64,000 bases of DNA. It comes from Botryllus schlosseri (taxonomy: Eukaryota). Positions 51,095 to 63,132 of this stretch are shown here, one piece after another (the stretch's first letter is position 1; every line of letters begins with the position of its first letter). Location: NCBI GenBank assembly GCA_051294905.1, contig CM119372.1:29266001-29330000 (forward strand). The letters are read 5' to 3'. A program made the position numbers and the translations under genes. Under the pieces are notes generated by a model. That model worked only from the letters and a program-made list of their open reading frames with translations. It did not search any database and was not told where the DNA came from.

Positions 51095-52287
51095 GCGTAA
51101 GCGGTGTTTTACTGAAGCCTAGAGGTGGGCACTGCTACATGTCGGCAGATATGGAATCCTGATGTAGCATATCGACCTAGTGTAAATTACCATTACAGTC
51201 GAAAAACATAAAAAATGCTTCAAAAATCGCAGACTATGGGAGTAGCCACTAGGCTACATAACACAATTAAAGGCGGTATTGATGTAAAATACATAACAGC
51301 AACGTCATAAGGGAATATATTTACTCCGCATTGCGTACTGGCCGTCGCAACTCAACGATTCAGACAATACTGAAATATGGATAACGCGTTCGCTGTGCTT
51401 GTAATGGTAATCCAGAAATTGCACCAATTTGTGACTGCACCACGAAAATGCCTGTTGCAATTTGTTTACACTAGGCAACTGAATTGTAATTTTCGAATGA
51501 TGTCCAATTTTACCAATTTCGTTACTAAAACAGTGATTGTTCGTGAAAACAAATCCAATTTCAGGTATTATTGGTCATTTGAAGGTACCTTTGAAAGCAA
51601 ATGTTTTCATACGAAAGAAGCTCGATTCGGAGTCAGCGTCAGAAGCATTTTGACAAACTCCGACTGGAGCCTGCAACTTTTCCCGACTCCAACTCCAAAG
51701 CGTGGTGGGAATTTCTGAAATTCCGACTCTAATAAGAGAAAATTAGCCGAACTCCAACCCAACAGCCATGGTCTCAGTACATTAGTGAACAGTCGTTTGG
51801 ATTCCTAAAGACTTTTTACTGATCTGTACCTGAGGGATTGAACCCCCACCACGGATTTATTTTTCTCCAGTAATTTGCATAATCGCAATTTGAGAACAAC
51901 TTCAAAATTGGTGCCCGATATATTGCGAACATACCTGAAGGTGTCATCGAGAGCGTTAAACATTATTATTCTCTTTCACATATCTCCATGGAAATTAATT
52001 GTCGGCTCGCGGTCATATTAAATGGAACACGAAAATTTTCAAGACACGGACATTTTTTTCAAGAAATGCAGCTGCAGAATTCAATTTGAAATATTTAAAA
52101 AAAACTAACTTTCTACATATTGTATGAAACTATTTTCACGAATAATCAAATCGTTTCTATTTATCACTAGCCTACTGTTAATATTTGAAAAAGACATATG
52201 GAGGGTATAGCAGCGTTCAAGATGATAGAGCTAAATTTGACCAAAGACTTATTTATTTTTGGTCCGCGGTCCGCGAAGACAAAAGGT

Positions 52288-53980
52288 TGATCAGAATACT
52301 ACCTATCAAAACAAATGAAAAGAGATCGATGCACTTCTGGCTCGCAGCTTTCACGACCTAGCCGTAAGTGGCTTCAATTTTTAATATACACCGTACGTCA
52401 CATACAACAATCTGCGGAAGGTCGTGCTTGTGATTGGCCTGTAAGACAATCCCACGGAACCGGAATACTAATGCATCTCAAGGACTGGAAGTAATAACAG
52501 TAGGGTTACCATACGTCCCGTACGAGTTGAGCCGAAAAGTTGACAGTTTGTTCACAATTACGTGGTAAATTTACCATTTTTTCCGGATTTTACTCCCGTA
52601 TTGTAAGTATGAAAAAAATTGAAAAAATGACCTCCTCTTCCGATTTCAAAATATTGTAACCCTAGATAACGGCCCGTAAGTGACAAAGTTTACATTCTAA
52701 CATGGAGTATTGGAATTTGGTGTGTGACGCTGGAACGTACACTGTTTAATGATGATGTAACAATCCTATTCTCGTCCCGCTTTTGTTGTAACTGTGAACG
52801 AGCAATGCAATGCCAGCCAGGTATGATCATCTAACTTTGGACATATCGATGATTGTCTCGCAACATGAGTAGTGACTGTTTTCAGTCTCCCTCAAATATA
52901 TATATCGATTTAATTAGACACAGCTGCAGGTGCTTGAAATTGTCCAATTTGGTGTTTACGGAGAGTCATGAGGGTTTTTAACCACACCTGGCTCCTTTGT
53001 TTGTGGCGTCTGGCTCTCGGATAAATTGAAGTTGACAATTATCAAATGGCAGGAAATGCTATCAATTGTAATCTTCATTAGGAATTTCTATTCGTTGTGG
53101 TTCCAGCAGGGTATACGACGCCGTCCTCGTGGCGTGACTGTCATTTGGCGACCGGCACGGTCTTCAGTGGTTCTGAACCTTTTTTAATTCGCGGACCGGT
53201 AAAATTTTAAAAATATATAGGGAAAACCGGTGGATCTTCAAAATTGAAATCAAGGCAAAATGTATAGTAGGCCTATGCAGCTGTCTATTTTCAAGTATGG
53301 TACTAGAGAGTGACATTTGAGGGTGTTTCTTCGTAATTAAATATCTCCTTGATGTTATTCATGTAATTTTAAGGTAATGAGTGTGGTGGATAGAGTCGAT
53401 GTAAAATTGCCTTGCGCAGATAAATGTGCTGCCGTCAAGAATCGATAATTAATCCGTGCCCAGGGCAGTGGATAAAACGACTGTGACAGCTCAAACAATA
53501 TTCTTCTCTTCAACAATATCGAGAGATCAAGTGTTTCAGAGTCGGACGCTGATCATTTCTCATACCACCAGACGTACTGCGAATACAATGCGCTACACGA
53601 AAACACCTGGCAACAGCGACACCCGGCCATCCACAAAATATATATATATATAAAACGAATGATCATGCAAATTGCGCGGTTTAGGGAGTCAGCTCGGAAT
53701 AATCGGCCGCATGTTATCACCGAAGTCGGCATGAACATCAAGTGAAAGCGAACATGTTCCCGGGGCTAATGTGACCTTAAAATGTTGTAAAATACGGAAT
53801 TGGTGAAGTTCTAAATCAGTTTAAAACTTGATGTTTGAATTATTTTATCAATGGAGGCATACAATTTTATTATGTCTGGCGGACCGGCAGAAAAGTCGTC
53901 GCGGACCGGCGATTGAGAACAACTGGTCTAGATGTCGCAATGATTTACATTGCACGCTTTGAATGTCGGTGACAGGTAGT
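52288..53980 (+). repeat. Family C repeat, copy 3, with two hAT insertions (52501-52664, 53165-53925)
   Basis: Aligns with copies 1 and 2, which show the empty site ggactggaag.gataac. Confidence 0.7.
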
Positions 53981-54479
53981 ACTTTGATTGAAAGACTGCT
54001 CCAAATAATTGCGATTCCTTCCTATCAAACACAACACAATGCCATCTCAGTGCCGCATATCGCGACTTTATTCCGTGATTCCACCGGCCTACGAAAATGA
54101 GAAAAATAAAAAGTTGTGGTCTTAACTATGATGATCGATCTAGTTTTAGTTTCGTTTGCCAATTCCAATGTTGACTTCAAATTGTTCTATCACGCCAGGA
54201 GTTTACGCTGTCCATTTTACAAATTTTGATAAATTGAGCCGTAATATATATTGTAACCGTAGGCAGCGTTGAAGTGGCTATAAGGCGAAAAGGGATTATG
54301 TAAGTCACAACATATCGTAAAATATTATACGAGTAGAATTATTGGGAAAACAGATTTACTTGATCCACTCAAGTACTGGTATAAGACCGGTTTAGAAGTA
54401 GGTATCCGATCGGTTTTTAGTTCGAATTTGATTTAACGCTGAAAACTGTTCAGTAGAAGTAGTCAAATACCATAGGCAC

Positions 54480-55105
54480 TTGGTCAGGGGCAGCCTGTCA
54501 GTTAACGAAACGCAGCCTAACATTTTAGTCACTTGTTTGTGATTACGACACGTGAGGAGACGATCTCCCGAAGGGAGTGGCTTGATACCAGCGTAGCTGT
54601 CGATGATAGCGTAAAGAGCTCTGTTCACTTTCCCAGGGTGATATCTGGTCATCACCCTATCTATGCCCGAAATTATAACAGTCATACTATTGACATGATC
54701 CGACACGAATTCGGGTCCCCCACTTGACACCGGTGTTGCTAATGCGGCACTCGGAATAATGCTGGGTTCCGAAGAGCTATCAAAGTTCGGACTAGACAAA
54801 GGCTCAGAAGTCGTCGCAGCATTGAGATTATATACGCTCTCATCGCTATCTGAAGATATTGGATCTTCCATTCTACGTTTGAGATTAGAGGATATACCCT
54901 CCATCACCTACCCATTTCTAGGCAGCGATGGGATACACTCTGTTAACTACCTTACAAAGATCCAAAGAGACACTCGGCATGCACTACGTAAAGACATATC
55001 CTCGCGGAGTATGGATTCCTGATAAGGCAAACGAAGACTAGCGATAATTACTCTTTCACGAGAGACCTCCGAACTCCAAAGCGGGACTACAACTGCATTC
55101 GGCAG
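54480..55105 (-). mobile_element. 5' fragment of a non-LTR retrotransposon (I/Nimb-like): UTR plus ORF1 N-terminus
   Basis: ORF 54392-54907 has a Ser-rich N-terminus then IKPLPSGDRLLTCRNHKQVTKML, resembling the VKxLxSGDLLVxCxxxxQ motif of I-group ORF1. No reverse transcriptase follows. Confidence 0.55.
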
Positions 55106-56606
55106 TGTTGAAGCAGGAAAATAGATCCGACATAAAAAAAAACTTGATGATCATTGGCTAAAAGACTCAATTAATTTCGATTTTTTTTCTATTGAAGAGG
55201 CCAGTGCTTTTATTATTAGACAATTGATGAAAATCCATTTTAGATGCATTTGATAAGCAATCGCCTTTTCAATCTATTGCAATTCATCCAGAAGCATGAA
55301 AGAAGCATCTGCGAGTTGAATTTGATTATGTATCAGACTCATCAGCGGAAACTACCACGTAAATGTAATTGAATAAATGATACTTTAATATGTGGCGCAT
55401 TTGGTTAATGAATGATTCTCTGTGAATAAATCAATATTATTGGAGCTCGTTTACCGATTTGTGTGTAATATTTTGCTGAAATGCGGAACGATGTAAATTT
55501 GGTAGGGTAATTTCATTCAGATCGAATGGTCAACGCGTAGAATACCAAGTTGGTGATACCAACGAGTCATCCTAAACATTTTGGGATTTGGTTTGGTTTT
55601 AGTCAGTTTTAATTCAGGGGTTTGGATTATGTTAGATTATGGGTTGTCTTAGATTAGTCGTCAAGTATCGACAAGAGGTAGGTATTTCTAAGTAGGCTAC
55701 TCACCTAGTTTTTCTCTACTCCCAGTAATTACTCAAGTAAGTATAATAATCCGCTCCTCCTACTGCTACGTCTTCATATCTTTTAACTTAAAAACGAAAG
55801 AATCACAAACCGGAGAGATCGACGATCTGTTTTCGGAAAGAGTGAAAAATTTTAGTCATGTTTCGCGCGAAATAAATATTGAGTGACAAATAGGTATCGA
55901 CGAAAGGCTCGGCCAATGATTTAATTTATGTAGCGGTTGCGTAGTTCATATGCCCAATTTCAGACGGCTTATAGTAGCCCATACAACAATTTTATCACAG
56001 TAAATAGAGCTCAGTAAACGCTTATAATTATGGTACCCACCTCCATCACATTTGCCTTCCAAATCGCGCCAAGGTATTATTGATAGCCAAGTACCAGATC
56101 AAACTTATCCTTATTGCTCATCGTCTTATTCATTACGTGCCTTCTAATACGAGCGAAGGCGTCAAACGATGGCATTTTCTGAGAGGTGCTTCGGGGTGAA
56201 AAAAGGTATGGAACCTCTGCTCTATAGCAAATGCATCATATATATCAGCCAATGCGGTTGACTCTTTATTCTGTTGAAAATACATATTTTCTGCATGGGA
56301 TGTATGGCAACACAAACCCAGCTCTGCCTTGTCCACACATGTCAATTTCTAGGTATTGACGAAGCATGAGAGGGTATTATGATTGCTTTCCAAAACTACT
56401 TACATGAGTAGTATTCAAATACGGCAAATTATAATTCTACTTGAAGTAGTTTTGGGCTACTTCAAAAGGCACAACTTCGACTGGTACTTGAGTTGAATTC
56501 TGCGTGGCTATTTCTACTTCTACTTAATTAGCCTTCTTGACTGCGTTGACCATTTCTGGTAACGAGTTAGATCATTTGATGGGATAAGTAAGATTAGGCG
56601 TTAGAC

Positions 56607-57451
56607 CAGTGGTTCTCAACATTTTTGTCTTCGCAGAGACGCGGACCCTGTGGACTCCCACAAATTTACATCGTACAATCGTCATATGTCCTGTGCTAAT
56701 GATAACGCCAACAAAATGACTTTTCTTGAAAATAAAATGCTATATGTAAAAATTGGATAGACTATTTTTCAAAGCGAATTTTGCAGCTGAATTTCTTGAA
56801 ATTCGTGGACATGTTTATTTGCCGCTTATCGCCTGACTAGGCCGATTATGCATTTCCACAGACATAGGTGGTAGCGAATGCAATATCAACCCATAAAGCT
56901 TCCGACGACACACTTGGCTATGATCGCAACATATGGCACTAAAATTGAAAACATGCAGATTTATTACTGTGTTATGTGTTATGTCTATCACGAGTGCAAA
57001 TGTATTCCGTGGCGAGATTTCAATCCCTACATTTGTGTTGGAAAAGACTTCATTAACTTTTATTTCAAACGACTGTGCACTGACTTGCTGATACTCACAA
57101 CGTCAAATCAAAAATGTTTTGCATCGATTTCGAAGTCAGCCTGATTGACCCTGCTATCCCAAATTTTTGTTTTTCCACAAACCCAAACAAAAGATTTCGA
57201 AACAGCGATATGTTTCTAGCAGTAGGCTATTGGCAATTTGGCAACTAAAATGAATTGGCAGAGTAGGATAGTTCATCCCATTCGGCCATTCTGTTTATGT
57301 GACTCCTGAAGTTTCAGCAGTCAAGAAGCAAAACTGCTTCGTGATTTCCCTATAGTTTAAGAAGTGTACAAATTAAGTTTTCAAACAAACAATTTTAAAG
57401 GTTTCGAGGATCCCTGAACATGCTTCGCGGACCCCCAGTTGAGAATCAATG
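56607..57451 (+). mobile_element. hAT family D copy
   Basis: CAGTGGTTCTCAAC ... GTTGAGAATCAATG. Aligns along its length with 62284-63132. Confidence 0.78.
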
Positions 57452-57459
57452 CATTGGAG

Positions 57460-57779
57460 CAGTGTTTCTCAACCTGGGGGCGCGCCCCCTTTGGGGAGGG
57501 GGGCGTGAAAGCATCTGAAGGGGCGCGAAGAAGCAGACAACTGAATAAATTTTCGCGTTCTGCGAGATTCACCTCCAACTCACGCGTGTTTCTCTATATA
57601 TAGACCGAATTTCATATTTTTTTCAATTCTCTAATCGACATCATAACCTTCCATGCCATCAAACAATCTGTTGGGATTGCTAGCATCCCGGTTGGATTTT
57701 GTGATATGACGATAATGGGGGCGCGAAATTTTTCACTATCATAAAGGGGAGCGTGTTTAAAAAAAGTTGAGAAACACTG
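57460..57779. mobile_element. hAT MITE, family F
   Basis: TIR CAGTGTTTCTCAAC / GTTGAGAAACACTG. GGGGCGCG motifs. Confidence 0.8.
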
Positions 57780-58114
57780 CCTTAGACTGTACAGTACACA
57801 GGAAACGGATTATGTCGTGTCGATAATTTTTCGCGTAAACAGGATTATGCCGCAAATGTTTACCAATGCCGGAATCTATGACGTTTGCCTGCTCTGAATC
57901 AAGCTTCTGGGGACGAGTCAAGGGTGAGCCTTTCACCGTGCGTGATGCGCGAGTTCTAATAAATCTAGGGACAACGTTTGCCGGACCCGATTATTTTTTT
58001 TTGCGTCCATAAGCGCCACAAGGCACGCTGTCGTGCTCACAATAATTCTTGAACCAGATATTCGTCACAAGCATTTCGATTTTAGCGTGAAATCGGACAG
58101 TACGTTGTTGTGTA

Positions 58115-59422
58115 CAGGGCTTTGGAGCAGCCGTAAATTTAAACTGCTTCAACTCCGGCTCCGGAGCTTTCTTCTATCATACTCTAGCTCCGGCTCCAGC
58201 TCCGGAGCCGCATTATTACCACTGCTCCGGCTCCAGCTCCGGCTCCGGCTCTGAAATTATCGAATGGGTCTGTATATATCAGGGGTGGCCATTCCGCGAG
58301 CCAAATGTGGCCCGGGAGAGTGTTTTGCGTGACCTTCGAGGTAATTTCCTATTGTGTTATCGAAAATGAATTGCTCAGATTGTGAACTTGCAATTCCAAC
58401 CAAAAATTTCAATTCTGGCTGCGACACTTGGGATGTTGATGACTAAGATATCAGTTCCGACGCATTGACAGATCCAGGGTCCAGTCACATTTTCAGTAAA
58501 TCGTCGTACATTACAATAAACTAAAATAGTAGGGTAATTTTTCTCCACGCTTCGCGTGTTTCATTGTCACACGATTTCTTGCTTGGTAGCCTGCCCCCTA
58601 CTGAAAATGAAAAAAATGCCTAATTTACCCGATTGAATTTAACTGTATTCTCAATTACGGGATAAAGTCTTTTCGCGTTTGCGCTCGCATAAAGATCGTC
58701 GACGGTGAAATGTAGGCACAAAATGATTGTCGCATATTATCGGAGACCTTCGATATCGATTTGGCCAGACGCTGAAAACCCGTGTCCTTGCAAACTGAGC
58801 CTAGCGGGCGGTATACAATAGACCCGCAATACTCAAGTAATAATATTATTGACCTAGTTTATTCATAAACTTTGAAAATTTTACCCGCTTGGTGCGGCTA
58901 GTGGACCGCGCACTCGTTCGTCAATTGCATGTGCCCCTTTAGCCGAAAAGGTTGGCCATTCCTGGTCTATATAGATTACTAATCTACCCATAGGTTAATT
59001 ATCTATAGTAATCTAGAGTCTGTCAGCCGTCAGTAACATCCGATGTAGCAACGAAGACATATAAGTGCCGCCGTGCCGGCGTGTGACGTCGTAGTGAATA
59101 CTTGTCAATTGTCGACAACATCATAGTTGCACTAGAACGCAGTTTAATCTTATGCCATTGCTTTGCACAGCATTAAAATTCAGGCGTGCTGTTCAATTAT
59201 GACAAATCAGCAGATATGGCCGTTGCATATATAATAGCATCTTATGAAATAGGTCGGAGCCGGAGCTACTCCTCAAATAACGGGCTCCAGCTCCGGCTCC
59301 GGCTCCGGCTGAATTTTATGTAGAGCTCCTGCTCCGGCTCCAGCTCCGGTGAAAATGCACGGCTCCGGGGCTCCGGCTCCGGGGCTCCGGCTCCGGGCTC
59401 CGGCTCCGGCTCCAAAGCCCTG
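58115..59422. mobile_element. hAT element with (GGAGCC)n subterminal arrays
   Basis: TIR CAGGGCTTTGGAGC / GCTCCAAAGCCCTG. Perfect TSD GTTGTGTA. Confidence 0.9.
58280..58964 (+). mobile_element. hAT family A copy nested in 58115-59422
   Basis: CAGGGGTGGCCA / TTGGCCATTCCTG. TSD GTATATAT / GTCTATAT. Confidence 0.85.
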
Positions 59423-59461
59423 GTTGTGTATGCGTGATAATTGAACGTATATATCTGACAG

Positions 59462-59828
59462 TAGGGTTACCATATGTCCTCCTTTAGAAGGATTTGTCCT
59501 TCATTTTCAGGAAATGGAAAATGTCCGCCGATGACGCCTAAATCTTCTAGTTTTAGGAAATTAGTCCACCTTTACAGCTTTTACAGCTAGGGTGTAATGG
59601 AGCCGTTGGTGCGGGTCATTCAGGAGTCGAGTCGAATTGATGACGTTTTTTTAGTTAACACTAAATTATTGTTAAAGGAGTCGAGGTCAAGTTATGACAT
59701 TTTTTTAATCAACACAACAATATTTCCAGTAAAAATGTCGACATCAGCTGTTTTCAATTTCGGTAAACTAACTCTTATGACTTCAAAACCATGTCCCCTT
59801 TTCCCGTTTCCAAAATATGGTAACCCTA
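59462..59828. mobile_element. hAT (Blackjack-like) MITE
   Basis: TAGGGTTACCATAT / ATATGGTAACCCTA. TSD TCTGACAG / GCTGATAG. Confidence 0.78.
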
Positions 59829-61755
59829 GCTGATAGTAAATGCTATGCCTATTTTTTTGCTACATTCAGCAGTTTGCATCAAGTTTGTGGCTGAAAGTTC
59901 TTTGAATGATTGCATCCAACAACCCAAAATTGGAGAAACATCGTCCTAGAATCTAGATAGATACCAATGTCTTGTCACCTAATAATTCAATTGACCCCTT
60001 GGCTATATAATTTTTTTATGTGAAAAAATGTGGATTTCTATGAGATATCGAACAGAATTACGGCTAAATGCTTGAAAATTCGCATAATTATATATGCGAA
60101 TTTTTACAGTGTAGAGAAAGAAACGTACCATTATAGAAGAATGCCTGCAAAATTTGGGAATCGTTACACCAAAAATAGCCTAATTCAAGTTCAAAATTAA
60201 AGTTAACAGATTTTTCTTTCAAAATTGTGCCTCGGTGTAATTGAGTAGTTGAGTAAGTAAGCTTAAATTTGCTGACTATAGCTACATGTTGTGTATTTTG
60301 TTCCTAATTTTTTGTGATTACGTGCTAAGCTCACTTTTGATAGTCACGAAATATTCACAAAAGGAAAGCGAAATATTTCGAGTAAACTTTTCTAACAAAG
60401 CAAATAAAATTTTGCAAACTGACAAGGTGCATGTTCGAGGTCTCAAAATCAAATGTGCTCGCGGGCCCATTTCCTAGTTTTTGATGACGCCGCGGGCCGC
60501 AGCATAGACAGGCATTCCACAAACATCGTGGAAATGTAATTTACTATATTGTACTATTCACGCTTGACACTAAAAAAAATCACATTTTCAAATATTTGAA
60601 TAAAATTGTTTTTGTCCCGGGCTTAATTTGTTAAAATAATGAGTCATAGACATCATGCGAGACGATGCATCATGACATCGTAAAACTGTTGGGATATAAT
60701 ATTGAAGCTATTGAATCTTTGACGTGCCACGATTTTATGTAGAATATTTCAAAATCTCCTGAAGATTGATCTGATATGAGAGCATTTGAGCGGTGTAGCC
60801 TAATTATTATTTTGATATAGTCGTGATCAGTACAGGCTATTGTTACTTTCATTGCCAAAGTCAAATTAAATAAGCGTTAGATTTTGCCTTCGATTATATT
60901 GGAACATATCAATAACAACTGAAATATAATAATGATATAGCCATAGTTATAGGCTATAACTTATAGCATTGCTTCTTAGCCTTTTGAGCGATCGCAACCC
61001 TTGTGCTTCCAATAAACTTTCTCGTAGCCCCTGTCCATTTTCAACACAATTTATGATTGTACCTATCAGAAAGCCCATTCTCATAAGATCGCGCGTAGCG
61101 CAAAGACTATTTTCCAGTTGAATAAATTGGCCAAGAAAATATTTCACAGCCTATTGGGCTAATTCCACAATGCATCTCGTACTCCCTGATGTGGTGCTTC
61201 GTACCCCGATGGGGTCTACGGACCCTGGTTAGGACCCCCTGTAACAGAAATGTCCAATCGCCGAAGAATTCATCAGTGTTAAGCGTACTAATACCCTGCT
61301 CGTCACCGATAATAACATGAGTAAAGTCTGCTGAGATTTCATTGATTTTTATAGTAGTTTCAGGGTGAACTTAAAGTTCTTATATCTGAAAAAGATATAT
61401 AGTCCTGTAGAATTTTCGGTCAACCTAGAAAAAATTCTTATAAATACGTAACATATACCGTTGGAAAGATCATTTTTATCAGCTTTTCAATGATGAGTTT
61501 TGTCACTTTTTTACTTTGGGGAAAAAAGTTATGACCAAAAACGTGCCAGGAGATAAAGCACTATTTTGCCTAACAATAAAATACACTTATAAGCTAAAAT
61601 ACGACACCTTCGTATCAGATTACAACACCATAAATTGGAATATCACCCCCAGTAAAGCAAACTAACAATCGAACAGCAAAACAATGAAACAAAACTTTAT
61701 GTAAGAGGTATTTATCATACGTTAAGGGGGCAAAAGTATACCGAGACGGAGATAA

Positions 61756-61960
61756 CACTGGTTCACAAATTTCGAACAAAAATTAGGGTCAAAAATTTCA
61801 ATGATTGATTCAGGCTAATTTATGGTTGCTGAATCCGGTTCTGATGTGCTAATAATTTGTCCATCACGTCAGAATTTTTCCGTATCAATTTTTCTCATTT
61901 TCATAAATTAATCAAATTTCAGCTTTCGTTAGTGACATCACGGTTAGCATGCAATAGCAA
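61756..61960 (+). mobile_element. Chapaev3-like left-end fragment
   Basis: TAA-CACTGGTTCACAAATTTC...GGCTAATTT...GCTGAATCCG...CCATCACGTCA, similar to the TIR at 7350. Confidence 0.55.
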
Positions 61961-62283
61961 AAATTCAAATATTGTTATTGAAATCATCTATCATGAAACA
62001 TGGGTTGTTGTAATGCAGAATGAATGAGTTTTCGGTGAACTTGGCTTCAGTGATTCTTTATTATCGTTCAATCAGAAGCTCTTTTCGACCCATAAAATTA
62101 CACTGGTAAACAAATTGAAAAACCCACTCCAAATACCATGTTGGAACAGAGGCAGAGATGTTTTTAAATGGTATCGAGTCTTTTTGTTTGTGTTTTGCAA
62201 TATTAAACGCCAATTCTATATACAAAAAGCTTTACATTTTAGGCGGTTTCTGATTTGCCGTATTATTTTAATATGAACTTGAG

Positions 62284-63132
62284 CAGTGGTTTTCAACATT
62301 TTTGTATTCGCGGACCCATTTTGGACCGTCACGAACCCCCGCGGACCCCCCCCTCACCCACGAAGTTCAAGTTCCAATTTAGCTCAATTGTCGTACAATC
62401 GTCATCTGTCATGTGCAAATGATAACTGTAAGCTAGTGATAAACAGCAACAAAATTATTTTTCTTGAAAATAACAGCATTCTATGTATGCAGAAATTGGG
62501 TTGACTTTTATTATTTCAAAGCTAATTATTTAACTGCATTTTTTGAAATACGTGGTCGTGTCTTTAAAATCTGCGCCTTCGATTTCATATCAACGAGTGC
62601 TGAAAATCCATTTAGACAAAGAAAGGTTGTGGCGAATGTAATAAAAGGGCATAAAGCTTCCGACGACACATTTGGGTATGATCGAAACAATGATGACACC
62701 AAAATTGACAAACGATTTTTTTATTGAACATATAACGTCAAGCCTGTTAATTTATATCTAGCAGGTCACCTTGTAGTTATTAGGGAAAATGGTTATGTAG
62801 GCCTATATCACAGGCGAAAAGGGATTTTTGCGAAAATTACGAAGTCTTCGAGATAGACTTTACTAATCCAGCCATTTTTTTTACACAATGCCCAACAAAA
62901 CACGTTTATATAGCCAAATATATGTATCAGTGGGCTATTGGCAATTTAGCAACTAAAATGAGTGCACACAGCAGGATATTCCATCTCAGACGGCCTTCCT
63001 GTTGATGTGAGTTCTACTGCAATGAAGCAAAACTGCAGCCTCGTGATTTTCCTAATTTTAAAAATATAAATTAGGTTATCAACTATTTTGTTAAATTTAG
63101 AGGCTTCGCAGACCCCCGGTTGAGAACCACTT
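62284..63132 (+). mobile_element. hAT family D copy
   Basis: CAGTGGTTTTCAAC / GTTGAGAACCACT. TSD AACTTGAG / GACTAGAG. Confidence 0.78.
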
